Part shown: one piece after another, positions 39,540 through 49,400 of the stretch
How the letters are laid out: each line of letters opens with the position of its first letter
Numbering within the stretch: position 1 is the stretch's first letter
NCBI GenBank assembly: GCA_963617695.1
Contig: CAVEPV010000004.1
Coordinates: forward strand, 26,834-90,833
DNA: 64,000 nucleotides
Reading direction: 5' to 3'
DNA from: Bacteroidaceae bacterium
Lineage (GTDB): Bacteria; Actinomycetota; Coriobacteriia; Coriobacteriales; Coriobacteriaceae
Position numbers and translations under genes: made by a program
Notes under the pieces: model-generated
The model's input: the letters and a program-made list of their open reading frames with translations, nothing else
Database searches by the model: none
What the model was told of the DNA's origin: nothing

Positions 39540-40076
39540 ATGGCACATCTCGAATGCGGCAAAGTCCAGATCTATACGGGAGACGGCAAGGGCAAGACCA
39601 CGGCGGCGCTCGGTCTGTCGCTGCGGGCCAAGGGCCACGGCCTTGACGTCTTGTTCCTGCAGTTCGCAAAGAAGCTGCACTGCGCCGAGCACGATGCTGC
39701 GGGTCTACTCGATCTTGAGATTGCGCAGGCGACCGAGTCCACGCCTGAGGCGTGCGCGCACCAAATCATGGACATAGCCCACTGGGCCATCGTCCCTGAA
39801 GGCGAGCCGCCAGTGGCAAGCATCGAGATCCGCCCGCGCAAGCAGGCCGTTGACGTACTCGTGCTCGATGAGTTGGGCGAGGCAATGCGGCGCGGATTCG
39901 TGACGCGCGAAGACGTCGAGAGCCTCATTCAAAACAAGCCCTCCGCCTGCGAACTTGTCCTCACGGGAAGAGGACTGCTGCGTTTAAGCGACCTAGCAGA
40001 CCTGGTGACCGAAATGATACCGGTCAAGCATTACTTTGACGAAGGCTTGCTGGCGCGTCAGGGCATTGAGTACTAG
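39540..40076 (+). CDS. cobO: cob(I)yrinic acid a,c-diamide adenosyltransferase (CobO/BtuR family)
   Basis: IYTGDGKGKTTAALG, QF.K, LVLDE, ELVLTGR, ADLVTEM..KH, A.QGIEY. Confidence 0.88.
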   Translation: MAHLECGKVQIYTGDGKGKTTAALGLSLRAKGHGLDVLFLQFAKKLHCAEHDAAGLLDLEIAQATESTPEACAHQIMDIAHWAIVPEGEPPVASIEIRPRKQAVDVLVLDELGEAMRRGFVTREDVESLIQNKPSACELVLTGRGLLRLSDLADLVTEMIPVKHYFDEGLLARQGIEY

Positions 40077-40090
40077 AGACTCTAAAGCCG

Positions 40091-41476
40091 CTAGATCGCG
40101 AGTTCGAAGCGCTCTTTTCGCTCCTCGGCACGCGCAAGCCAATGCCCAAAGTGGTGGTAGATCGCAAAGATCGTCGCCGTCACCACCCAGGTGACCGGAT
40201 AGACCATGAGCATAAGGCCCATCTCGTGCTTCATCGGCACGACAATGAAGAGCCATGCGATGCGTAGGACACAAGTCCCGAGCAGGGTCATGATCATCGG
40301 CTGAAGGCTCACGCCCGAACCGCGAATGGAACCGGACGCGTTGTCGACCACCGAGTAAAAGATGTAGAACGGCGCGACGTAGTGAATCATCAGGCGCGTG
40401 TAGTAGGTCACGCCGGCGTCATCGATAAAGAAGCGCGAGAGCGGATCTACAAACGCAAAGAGCAGCATCGCGAGTGTCCCCACCAGCGCAAGTGACATAA
40501 CGAGCGAGGTATGGTAGCCCTCCCGCATGCGCTTGTAGTTGCGCGCACCAAAGTTCTGTGCGGTGAACGTGGTGAGAGCCACGCCCAGGGCCTCAACCAC
40601 AAGCCAGACAAACACGTCGAGCCTGCTCGCAAGGCCACACCCGGTCACGGCGTCCGCACCAAAGCTGTTGATCGTGGACTGCACGATGATGTTCGAGATT
40701 GAGTACGCCGCCGACTGAATACCGAGCGGCAGCCCGCACGAGACCATGCTCTTAAGGATCGCAGGGTCGATGCGCATACTCGAAAACCTGAGCTTCCACG
40801 CGCCTTCGGCACGGTGCATGCGGTAGAGAATCATCAGGCAGTTGATGGAGATGGAAAGTGCCGTGGCAAGACCGCAACCCAGGGCCTCAAGGCGAAGGAA
40901 CACGATAAAGACGAGGTCAAGCAGTACGTTAAAAACGCAGCTCAGAGCCGTAATGAGCGCAGGCCCTCGCGTGTCTCCCACGGCGCGAAGCAGCGCCACG
41001 CCCATGTTCATCATGAGGATGCAGACCATAGCCGCAAGATAGCAGCGCGCGTATGCGACCGACTCCGGCATAAGCTCGGCGGGTGTCCCCATAAGAGCCA
41101 AAATATCAGGGATGAAGATTACGCCCAGAACCGACACGACCAAACCCATGCAGAAGGCAAGCGCCATCGCGGTATGCACGGCACGCGAGAGATTCTCGTC
41201 ATCCTTTTGGCCAAAGAACTGCCCGACGCAGACCGCGCATCCAGCACCGAGGCCTACGCAGAATCCCACAACGAGCTCGGTCAGCGACGTAGTCGCCTGG
41301 ATGCCGCCCAGAGCGTTCTTACCGCCAAACTGACCGACAACAAACGTATTGATAAGCGTGTAGGCCTGCTGGAAAAACGAGCTGAAAAAGATCGGGACAC
41401 AAAGCGCAAGAAGCTGCCTCCAGATAACGCCCGACGTCACGTCAAGCGAATCGGAACCATTGCGCGTCACGTTCAT
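40091..41476 (-). CDS. MATE family efflux transporter
   Basis: P......QQ.Y...N..VVG, GQFFG, LRAVGDTR.P, GLPLG, QNFGA, about 12 TM. Confidence 0.92.
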   Translation of the reverse strand: MNVTRNGSDSLDVTSGVIWRQLLALCVPIFFSSFFQQAYTLINTFVVGQFGGKNALGGIQATTSLTELVVGFCVGLGAGCAVCVGQFFGQKDDENLSRAVHTAMALAFCMGLVVSVLGVIFIPDILALMGTPAELMPESVAYARCYLAAMVCILMMNMGVALLRAVGDTRGPALITALSCVFNVLLDLVFIVFLRLEALGCGLATALSISINCLMILYRMHRAEGAWKLRFSSMRIDPAILKSMVSCGLPLGIQSAAYSISNIIVQSTINSFGADAVTGCGLASRLDVFVWLVVEALGVALTTFTAQNFGARNYKRMREGYHTSLVMSLALVGTLAMLLFAFVDPLSRFFIDDAGVTYYTRLMIHYVAPFYIFYSVVDNASGSIRGSGVSLQPMIMTLLGTCVLRIAWLFIVVPMKHEMGLMLMVYPVTWVVTATIFAIYHHFGHWLARAEERKERFELAI

Positions 41477-41581
41477 GCTCCTCTCTCGGTGTATTGCCGA
41501 ACGATTTCAGCCAAACGGTACTCAGGGTAATGCGCAGACGTGCTCGTTGCAATGATGGTCGGCAAATAGTCGACAGATACC

Positions 41582-42490
41582 CTATGCAAACATGCCGGGG
41601 CGGTAATGGTAGCCGTTGTCAACATGGGGGCAGAGCTGCCAAAATGCAACGGCGCTCGCTGCCGCTACGTTCAGCGAGTCAACCCCGTGGGCCATAGGAA
41701 TGCGAATCGTCTTGTGGCAACCCGCAATCGTGTGAGCCTTAAGACCAGCCCCCTCGGTTCCCATGAAAATCGCCAACCGGTCGATCTCGCCGAGCGCAGG
41801 ATCGTCGAGCGAAACGGAATCATCCGTCAACGCCATAGCCGCGCAGGTGAACCCCGCATCGCGCAAGCACGCAAGCCCGTCGCGCGGCCACGCATGTACA
41901 TCAGTTCCAATACGCGTCCAGGGAACTTGGAAGACCGTGCCCATAGAGACACGCACGGCGCGACGGTATAGAGGGTCACAGCAGGTAGGACTCACCAGAA
42001 CGCCATCGACATTCAGGGCAGCGGCGCTGCGGAAAATGGCTCCTACGTTAGTGTGGTCGACAATCCCCTCAAGAACGCATACACGAACGGGGCGCTCCCC
42101 TGCTCGGCGGCACAAATGGCCAAGGAACACGTCCGCAGCCGGAAGCGGCGGCCGACGAAACGCAGCGAGCGCGCCGCGCGTCACCGTAAAGCCCGTCAAC
42201 GTCTCCATGAGCTCCATCGAACCGACAAACACGGGGATGTCGAGTTCAGGTCGCTCGTACTCAAGCTTGTCAAGCAGCGGGCCAAGCTGCGAAAGCCAGC
42301 GCTCCCCCAGCAAAAAGCTCACCGGCTCAAGACCGGCGTTAACGGCACGCTCGATCACCTTGGCGCTCTCGGCGATAAAGATACCCTTCTCAGGCTCCAG
42401 AACACATCGCAGCTCGCGCTCCGTGAGCTTCGTATATGCATCAAGACGTGGATCTTCGAGGGAAGTCAACTGAATTCGAGTGATGGACAT
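41582..42490 (-). CDS. TrmH/SpoU family RNA methyltransferase
   Basis: FIAE, NVGAIFRSA, RRAVRVSMG, GTEGAGL, IPM..GVDSLNVAAA. Confidence 0.92.
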   Translation of the reverse strand: MSITRIQLTSLEDPRLDAYTKLTERELRCVLEPEKGIFIAESAKVIERAVNAGLEPVSFLLGERWLSQLGPLLDKLEYERPELDIPVFVGSMELMETLTGFTVTRGALAAFRRPPLPAADVFLGHLCRRAGERPVRVCVLEGIVDHTNVGAIFRSAAALNVDGVLVSPTCCDPLYRRAVRVSMGTVFQVPWTRIGTDVHAWPRDGLACLRDAGFTCAAMALTDDSVSLDDPALGEIDRLAIFMGTEGAGLKAHTIAGCHKTIRIPMAHGVDSLNVAAASAVAFWQLCPHVDNGYHYRPGMFA

Positions 42491-42499
42491 ACCCTGCTC

Positions 42500-43015
42500 C
42501 TAGCCCTCGCGCCGATAGGTGACAAACTGATAGCAAAGCCCTGGCGTGCCCTCGTCCTCGGCAAGTTCCATACGGGGAGACTCCGCAGAGACACACCATG
42601 CGGGATCCTCGTCAAGATTGGGGAAAAACGTGTCGGCCTGGCGGGTGCAAAGGTTCTTGGTCACCTCTGCCACCGTGCAATACGGCAGCAGCTGACGATA
42701 GACCTCTCCCCCGCCGATAACCCAAGCTTCGGCCTCATCGGCAACCAGCTCAAGCGCCTCATCAACGGAATGGACAACCTCCACGCCTTCGCGCTCAAAC
42801 GAAGCATCTCGGGTAAGAACGATATTGCGACGGTTCTTGAGCGGACGACCGCCGGGAAAACTCTCGAGAGTCTTTCGCCCCATGATGACCGGGTGTCCCG
42901 TGGTCACCTGAACAAAATGCCTCATATCGGCCCTGTTGACCACAACCATATCGCCAGCAAGCCCAATGGCCCACTCGTCCGTCACGGCCACGATGGCCCC
43001 AAGCACACAACTCAT
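42500..43015 (-). CDS. folA: dihydrofolate reductase
   Basis: AIVA...AIG, DMRHF..T, IMGRKT.ESFP..RPL.NR.NIVL, VIGGGEVY, ADTFFP; start ATG 43015. Confidence 0.95.
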   Translation of the reverse strand: MSCVLGAIVAVTDEWAIGLAGDMVVVNRADMRHFVQVTTGHPVIMGRKTLESFPGGRPLKNRRNIVLTRDASFEREGVEVVHSVDEALELVADEAEAWVIGGGEVYRQLLPYCTVAEVTKNLCTRQADTFFPNLDEDPAWCVSAESPRMELAEDEGTPGLCYQFVTYRREG

Positions 43016-43056
43016 AAGAATTACCTCACCTGAAGAACTCAACGCACGTATCCCAA

Positions 43057-43146
43057 GGCCACGGGCCTATATATCGTCCCACGCGCAGTTTCGCAGCGCG
43101 AAGCGCGAGAATGTCTGAGCATGGGATGATATATAGGCCCGGGGCC
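43057..43146. repeat. long intergenic inverted repeat between thyA and folA
   Basis: GGCCACGGGCCTATATATCGTCCCACGC ... GCATGGGATGATATATAGGCCCGGGGCC, about 28 bp arms with 3 mismatches. Confidence 0.85.
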
Positions 43147-43159
43147 GGACGGATAGGCG

Positions 43160-44008
43160 CTACACCGCGATCGGAATATTTTTGATCTGCTCGCCGCACA
43201 CGTAGTCCTCGACAATAAGGTCATCGGTCGTGAACTGGTAGAAGTCCGTGACCTCAGGGTTCAGCGAGACCTTAGGAGCGGCGTACTGGGGGCGTGCGAT
43301 AAGCTCACGCACCGTATCCACGTGGCGGTCGTAGATGTGAGCATCGACAATCACGTGCAAGAGCTCACCCGCGATCATGCCAACAGACTGAGCCACCATC
43401 ATGAGGAGGATGGCGTACTGGCACACGTTCCAATTGTTGGCAGCAAGGATGTCCTGGCTGCGCTGCATAAGCACCATGTTGAGCGTCAGCTTGTCGTCCC
43501 CCGGACGCTCCGTCACGTTATACGTGACACTGTAGGCGCAAGGGTACAGGTGCATCTCATGCAGGTCATCAAAGTTGTACATGTTGGTCATGATGCGGCG
43601 CGAGAACGGAGTGTGCCTAAGGTCATAGAGCACGCGGTCCATCTGGTCAAAGTCGCCCTCGGGGTAATGCGACTTTTGCGCAATCTGGTAGCCGTACGCC
43701 TTGCCGATCGAGCCGGTCTCGTCTGCCCACTGATCCCAGATATGGCCTTTGAGGTCGTGGATGTTATTGGACTTTCGCTGGTAGATCCACAGAATCTCAT
43801 CCATCGCAGTCTTGAGCGCGGTACGGCGTAGGGTGAGCGCGGGGAACTCCTCGCGCAGGTCGTAGCGAGCCGTGACGCCAAAGTTCTTGATAGTGTAGGC
43901 AGGGGTTCCGTCCTCCCAACGTGGACGGACCTCTTGACCCTCGGTGGTAGTTCCATGATCCAAGATGTCTTGGCACATGGAAACAAACAGCTCGTCTGCC
44001 TTGCTCAT
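43160..44008 (-). CDS. thyA: thymidylate synthase
   Basis: EILW, IWDQWAD, YG.Q, SRRI, LYPC, QRSQD, N..QY, DAHIY..H. Confidence 0.96.
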   Translation of the reverse strand: MSKADELFVSMCQDILDHGTTTEGQEVRPRWEDGTPAYTIKNFGVTARYDLREEFPALTLRRTALKTAMDEILWIYQRKSNNIHDLKGHIWDQWADETGSIGKAYGYQIAQKSHYPEGDFDQMDRVLYDLRHTPFSRRIMTNMYNFDDLHEMHLYPCAYSVTYNVTERPGDDKLTLNMVLMQRSQDILAANNWNVCQYAILLMMVAQSVGMIAGELLHVIVDAHIYDRHVDTVRELIARPQYAAPKVSLNPEVTDFYQFTTDDLIVEDYVCGEQIKNIPIAV

Positions 44009-44094
44009 ATATGCGACCTCCGATATGGAAAACGAGATGCCCGGGCGGCGTAGGCCAGATCCCGGGCACCGAACGGCTCAAATGGTTGGAACGG

Positions 44095-45543
44095 CTAGAA
44101 CTTGCCCTTCATCTGCTGCTCCATCTGGCGCAGCATATCCATGTCGGAATTTCCGAGACCCATGTTGGCAAGGTTGCCCATACCGGGAATGCTCGGCATG
44201 CGGGTCTTTTTGCCCTTCTTGCCCTTCTTTCCCTTCTTGCCGGCGGCCTGCTGAGTCATCGAGCGCATCTTGCCCATCATCTTGTTCATCTCGCCCCACT
44301 GCTTCATCAGGGCGTTAACATCGGCAGGCGTGGTGCCCGAACCGCGAGCAATACGAGCGCGACGCTGACCGTTAATGATAGAAGGCTTAAGGCGCTCCGC
44401 CTTGGTCATGGAGTGGATGATGGCCTCATTGCGGTCAAAGACGGACTCGTCGAAGTTACCGCCCATCTGGTTCAAGGCGCGCTGGCCGCCGGGAAGCTTG
44501 GAGAGGATGCCCTTCATGCCGCCCATCTTCTTAACGTTCGCCATCTGCGTGAGCATGTCATCCATGGTGAAGCCGTCGCGCAGCATGCGCTCGGCGGCCT
44601 CCATCTGCTCGGCATCGGCCATCTCCTGGGCCTGCTCGATGATGCCGATCATGTCGCCCATGCCCAGGATGCGCTTGGCCATACGGTCGGGATAGAAGGC
44701 CTCGAGGGAGTCGGGCTTCTCACCCATCGAGACGAACTTGATGGGCTTGCCGGTCACCTGACGCACAGACAGCGCGCCGCCGCCACGGGCGTCGCCGTCG
44801 AGCTTGGAGATAATCACACCGTCGAAGTCGGTGCGCTCGGCAAAGGTCGAGACGACGTTGACGATGTCCTGACCGGTCATGGCGTCGACGACCATAAGCA
44901 CCTGGTCGGGCTTTACAGCCTTCTTGATGTCGACGGCCTCCTGCATCATCTGTTCATCGATCTGCAGGCGGCCGGCGGTATCGACGATGACCACGTCGCG
45001 CATCTTGTCGACGGCTTCGCGAATCGCGCCCTTGGCGATCTCGACCGGCTGGGCACCGTCTCCACGGAATACCGGCACGCCGATCTCTCCACCAAGGGTT
45101 GCGAGCTGGTCGGCTGCAGCAGGACGGTAGACGTCGCAGGCCGCGAGCAAGGGACTACGGCCCTGCTTCTTGAGCAGGTAGGCGAGCTTGACGGCGGCCG
45201 TCGTCTTACCGGAGCCCTGCAGACCCACAAGCATGATCACGTTGGGAATACGGCTCGAGAGGACGAGCTTGCTCTCAGTGGAGCCAAGGAGCTCGGTCAG
45301 CTCGTCGAGCACGATCTTGACGACGTTCTGTGCCGGAGTGAGCGACTCCATGACCTCGGCGGTCAGGCAGCGCTCCTTGGTCTTTGCCACAAAGTCCTTG
45401 ACGACCTTGAAGTTAACGTCGGCCTCGAGAAGTGCCATACGAACGTCGCGCATCGCGCTCGTGATGTCGGCCTCGGTGAGTTTGCCCTTGCCGCGCAGGC
45501 GGTCAAACGTGTCGTTAAGGCGATCGGAAAGGCTATCGAACAT
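44095..45543 (-). CDS. ffh: signal recognition particle protein Ffh
   Basis: ALLEADV, GLQGSGKTT, DTAGR, KLDGDARGG, RILGMGD, SMT..ER, RIARGSG. Confidence 0.97.
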   Translation of the reverse strand: MFDSLSDRLNDTFDRLRGKGKLTEADITSAMRDVRMALLEADVNFKVVKDFVAKTKERCLTAEVMESLTPAQNVVKIVLDELTELLGSTESKLVLSSRIPNVIMLVGLQGSGKTTAAVKLAYLLKKQGRSPLLAACDVYRPAAADQLATLGGEIGVPVFRGDGAQPVEIAKGAIREAVDKMRDVVIVDTAGRLQIDEQMMQEAVDIKKAVKPDQVLMVVDAMTGQDIVNVVSTFAERTDFDGVIISKLDGDARGGGALSVRQVTGKPIKFVSMGEKPDSLEAFYPDRMAKRILGMGDMIGIIEQAQEMADAEQMEAAERMLRDGFTMDDMLTQMANVKKMGGMKGILSKLPGGQRALNQMGGNFDESVFDRNEAIIHSMTKAERLKPSIINGQRRARIARGSGTTPADVNALMKQWGEMNKMMGKMRSMTQQAAGKKGKKGKKGKKTRMPSIPGMGNLANMGLGNSDMDMLRQMEQQMKGKF

Positions 45544-45552
45544 GGTCTACTC

Positions 45553-46470
45553 CTACTCGCCGTCGCCCACAAGGGCACGGCAGAAATCATGTGCATCGAA
45601 CTTTTGCAGATCGTCGACCTGCTCGCCGACGCCGATGCGATAAATGGGCAATTTGAGCTTCGACGCCACGGCCATGGCGATGCCGCCCTTGGCGGTGCCG
45701 TCGAGCTTGGTCATGATGATTCCGTCAAGGCCCAGGGCCTCGTTGAACTCAATGGCCTGGTTGAGGCCGTTTTGGCCGGTGGCCGAATCGATAACAAGAA
45801 CCACGTGCACGGGCATGGGGCCAGCCGCGCACTTCTCGGCGCGCTTGCGCGTCACGTTGACGACCTTGGCGAGCTCGCGCATGAGGTCAGAGCTGGTGTG
45901 CAAACGGCCCGCGGTGTCGATCAAGACGAGCTCGCTCCCCTGCTTGTCGGCCTCATCGAGCACGTCATAGCAAACGCTCGCGGGATCAGCGCCGCGGTCA
46001 CGCTTTACCACGGGAACACCGGCGCGCTGGCCCCAGACGTCGAGCTGCTCGATAGCCGCAGCACGGAAGGTGTCGGCACTTCCGATGACCACGCGCTTGC
46101 CCTTAGCGGCGGCAGCACTCGCGATCTTACCAACTGTGGTGGTCTTACCGGCACCGTTGATCCCAACGAACAGCACGACCGAGGGCGTGTTGTCGAACGG
46201 ATCGATCTTAGGCTCGACAAAAGTCTCAGCCAGGCGATTCGTCAGAGCTTCGCGAAGCTGACGTGCGGTAGTCAGATTCTTCTTAGCAGCCAGATCACGC
46301 AAGTCATCGGTAACCTGCATGGAAATGTCGGCACCCATGTCTCCCATGACAAGCGTGTCCTCTAGGTCTTCCCAAAAATCCTCGGAGACATCGCCGCCAA
46401 AGTAGAAGATCTCGTTCAGTGCCTCGCGGCTGCGCTCCAGTCCGCGAGAAAGCGATTCAAAGAACCCCAT
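45553..46470 (-). CDS. ftsY: SRP receptor FtsY (short, no acidic A-domain)
   Basis: GINGAGKTTT, DTFRAAA, DTAGR, TGQNG, TKLDGTAKGG, GVGE. Confidence 0.97.
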   Translation of the reverse strand: MGFFESLSRGLERSREALNEIFYFGGDVSEDFWEDLEDTLVMGDMGADISMQVTDDLRDLAAKKNLTTARQLREALTNRLAETFVEPKIDPFDNTPSVVLFVGINGAGKTTTVGKIASAAAAKGKRVVIGSADTFRAAAIEQLDVWGQRAGVPVVKRDRGADPASVCYDVLDEADKQGSELVLIDTAGRLHTSSDLMRELAKVVNVTRKRAEKCAAGPMPVHVVLVIDSATGQNGLNQAIEFNEALGLDGIIMTKLDGTAKGGIAMAVASKLKLPIYRIGVGEQVDDLQKFDAHDFCRALVGDGE

Positions 46471-49400
46471 CTATGCATTCACGACCTTTCCGGTCTCTCG
46501 GTCGAGCCTCTGGCTCACAACACGACTCACGCCGTCTGCCTGCATGGAGACGCCATACAGCACGTCTGCGTCCTCCATGGTGCGACGCTGGTGGGAAATA
46601 ACAAGCAGCTGCGTGCTCTGGCGCAGGATGTCGATAGCGCCAATGAGCTTAGAGAGGTTCGAGTCGTCAAGAGCCGCCTCGACCTCATCGAGCACGTAGA
46701 ACGGCACCGTCCTCGTACGGTACACGGCAAAGAGCAGCGCGAGCGCCGTCAGGCTCTTCTCACCGCCGCTCATGAGCATCATCTTGGTGATGCGCTTGCC
46801 GCGCGGCTGCGCCACGACCTCAATACCCGTATCAGCGGGATGGTCGGGATCGGTCATCTCGAGATGAGCCTGGCCGCCCGGGAAAAGCATCGAGAACACC
46901 TCGCGGAAGTTCGCGTCCACCTTCTCGAACGTCGTGAGGAACTGGCGACGCATCTTACGGTCGATCGCAGCAGAGATCTTGGTCAAGGAGGCTCGCGCGC
47001 TCTCGAGGTCGGCAAGCTGGGTGGCAACATAGTCGGCACGCTCGCGCAGGCGCTCGTACTCCTCAAACGCCACCTGGTTCACCGGGCCAAGATTGTTGAT
47101 CTGGCGGGCCAGATCTGCCAGCTCACGCTCGCAGGCAGCACGGTCATCGGGTGCCGGAAGGGTCAAGGCATCCTCGAGAACCGTCTTGCCATCGGCAGTG
47201 ATGGCCTTGATAGCACTCTCAACCTGCACCTCGAGCTTACCGCGCGAGACCTTCACGTCGTTTTGGGCAGCAAGTGCGGCGTCTACGTCGGCCTTGGCCT
47301 TCTCGACCTCGGCCTTGGCATCCTCGATCGTCTTCTTAAGCGATGCGGAGTCCGCCTCCTCGATGGAGGCCTGGTCGCGCAAACGTGCAGCCCAGTCGAG
47401 GGCGCGCTGCGAGAGAAGCTGATAGCGGTCATGCAAGGGGTCGACGCGCAGACGCAAAACCTCAAGCGAACGAGAGGCCTGACGGGTCGCGCGGATTCGG
47501 CGATCAATGCCCTCAAGACGGTGCTCCAGCTCGGGGGCACGCGACTCCAGGGTCTTCAAGCGCTCGGTGGACTGCGCCAGGCGCACCTTGGCGTCAGCAA
47601 GCTTGCCGGCCGCCTCGGAGTCCTCACGACGAACCGACTCGAGCGCGTCGTTGGCGTCCTCGATCTGAACCGTCAGCTCGTCGGCGCGAACGCGCGACTC
47701 GTCACGCGTAGCTGCAAGCTCGTCGAGCTGCGGTTGAGCATCGCGCACCGCTTGAGCGGCTTGCTCACGGCGTCGCTCGATCTGCTTGCGCTCGGACGAA
47801 GCCTGGTTGAGTGACTGCTCAAGACGGCCAATCTCCGCAAGCAGCGAGCGCTTCTCGCCCTCGAGCTGGGCGATCTCGCCCGCAACATCACTGTCGGTAG
47901 CGCGGGCCTCGACCACCGCGCGATTGGCATCGGCGACCTTTTGGGTCGCGTGCTCAAAGACGGTAGAAAGGTCGGGTTCGAGCTCAGAGAGTTCGCGAAT
48001 CCGGCGCTTGCGCTCAAGCGCGCCCTCCGCGGCGTCGCCGGCGCGTCCAACGCGAACGACAGAACCCGCCTGAACGCGCGCGCCGTCGCGGGTGACATAG
48101 GTCACACCGGGCAGCTGGGGCGCAGCGATAGCGGCCTGCAGGCTGTCTACGACGTAGATGCCGCCAAGCAGCGCATCGACCGCAGAGGCATAGCCGTCGC
48201 GCACCGAGAGACGCTCGACCAGGCGGAATCCGGCGGCCCCTTCAGCGGCACCACGGGCAGCGGCGTCACGCGAAAGCAGCAGGGCTTCGCCTGAAGAGCT
48301 TGCCTGCTCAAGCGCATAGGAGCCCACGCGCGCAAGGGCTGCCGACTCATCGACCACGAAAGCGTCGATGTCGGAGGCAAGCAGCAGCTCTACCAAGGCC
48401 TCAAGGTCACTCGGGGCCTCAATGACATCGCCCAGACGGGCGGAGATGTCGTCCTCGTTATTGCGAGCGATCTTCGAAACGAGCGGAGAGGCGTCGGCCG
48501 CGCGCTCATCGAGCTTCTTCAAGCTCGAAAGCTCAGAGCGAATCTCAGAAAGCTTCTCGCGCGCCTCGGCCTCGCGGCGGCGCAGATCCGCCACAGCAGC
48601 GTTGGCCGTTTCAATAGCTTCCTTGGCCTCCTGGCGACGATCACGAGCTGCAGCAAGGTCGACATCAAGCTCGTCGGCACGCGCGCGGCGGTTTTCAAGA
48701 GAAGCGCGGACGTTCTCGGACTGCTCGTCGATCTGTTCCAGACGCGAGGCGTACATAGAGTCCTCGAGCTCGGCATTCGAGAGGGTCTCTTTCACCTTTA
48801 CGTATTCAAGGGCAGCGGAATCTGCCGAGCGCTGAGCCTCACGCTGTTCACGCGTCAGGCGCGAAATCATAGCGTCGAGCTCGGAGCGGCGTTGATGCAG
48901 GCGCTCGGCCGCCGGCGAGAGCTCGTCGACGTCGGCCTGCGCAAGCTTGGAGGAGCCGCGCACCTCATCGAGCTGAGCCTTGACGCCCTCAAGCTCCTCA
49001 GAGACGCGCTGACGCTGATGCTCGGCACCAGAAAGCGTCCCGCGCATCTCAGAGAGGCGGGCCACCATGTTGCGGCCCTTCTCCTCGAGCAGGCGCATAT
49101 CGGAATCGATGCGGCCCACCACGTCTTGCATATGGCGGCGCTGCTCGCCGAGGTCGCCTACAAAGAGGCCCTTCTCTTCGAGCATAACCTGGAGCTTTTC
49201 AAGCTCACGCTGTTTTTCCTGTTGACGGTAACGGGCAAGCTCAAGAGACGCGTCGGTCTCTTTGGTAGAGGTCTCTAGGTCAGACCACAGGGCCTGTAGG
49301 CGACGCAATTCATCGACCGCAAGAATCTGCGTGAGCTCGTTAGCGCGATCGGTAAGGTCGCGGTACTTGCGCGCGCGGTCGACTTGGCGCTCAAGCGGGC

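Noticed and set aside
44009..44094. Hairpin TGCCCGGG/CCCGGGCA upstream of thyA as a possible folate or ZMP riboswitch, or SRP RNA
   Set aside because: Too short and lacks the conserved motifs of those RNAs; most likely a weak terminator or 3' stability hairpin for ffh
44011..46365. 784-aa + strand ORF, and similar long ORFs at 10774-12321, 32449-34083, 37632-39464, 56921-58426 and 61108-62811
   Set aside because: Antisense shadows of well-conserved genes; high GC at third codon positions removes stops on the opposite strand, and no protein motifs are recognisable
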